Below are positions 29,877 through 29,931 of a stretch of 29,931 nucleotides of DNA, in pieces. The notes under the pieces are model-generated. The model was not told where the DNA came from. It ran no database searches and saw nothing but the letters and a program-made list of their open reading frames with translations. This DNA comes from Myxococcales bacterium (lineage in GTDB: Bacteria; Myxococcota_A; UBA9042; JABWCM01; BTVJ01). The position numbers were made by a program, and so were the translations under genes. The stretch is from NCBI GenBank assembly GCA_045863395.1, contig BTVJ01000093.1:1-29931 (forward strand). Reading direction: 5' to 3'. The stretch's first letter is position 1, and every line of letters starts with the position of its first letter.

Positions 29877-29931
29877 GCAAGGTCGCAAGGTCGCAAGGTC
29901 GCAAGGTCGCAAGGTCGCAAGGTCGCAAGGT
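29877..29931. repeat. Perfect 8-bp tandem repeat (GCAAGGTC), nearly 7 copies, running off the window end
   Basis: Six full GCAAGGTC units from 29877 plus GCAAGGT at 29925-29931. Confidence 0.95.

Noticed and set aside
29613..29912. 99-aa minus-strand ORF at the window end
   Set aside because: It starts inside the 8-bp repeat, lacks the genome's codon bias and has no recognisable motif.

Overview
A very GC-rich bacterial chromosomal segment. The gene content (AgmX/GltJ-like protein, giant TPR protein, Cys-rich lipoprotein) suggests a myxobacterium or related deltaproteobacterium; this is an inference from gene content only. About 18 CDSs, mostly on the + strand, in order: a 5'-truncated AgmX/GltJ-like membrane protein, a secreted hypothetical, a small membrane ORF, a phasin-like protein, a second small membrane protein, a CPBP intramembrane protease, a signal peptidase I homologue whose catalytic Ser and Lys appear substituted, a 4xLysM lipoprotein, gyrB overlapping a DnaD-like ORF and a DnaC/IstB-like AAA+ ATPase, a lipoprotein with 16 six-cysteine modules, a CBM9-like lipoprotein, mazG, an LD-carboxypeptidase plus a beta-lactamase-family serine hydrolase, a 3584-aa TPR protein with a degenerate M48-like C-terminus, rsmI and a 3-methyladenine DNA glycosylase. 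I saw no rRNA, tRNA, CRISPR array, integrase or transposase. The window starts and ends inside tandem repeats, so it may be a whole contig. Best leads: the gyrB-coupled DnaD-like/DnaC-like putative helicase-loading module, the pseudo-signal peptidase, the knottin/WAP-like cysteine array and the pseudo-protease-tipped giant TPR protein. All family calls come from reading motifs by eye; no searches were run.
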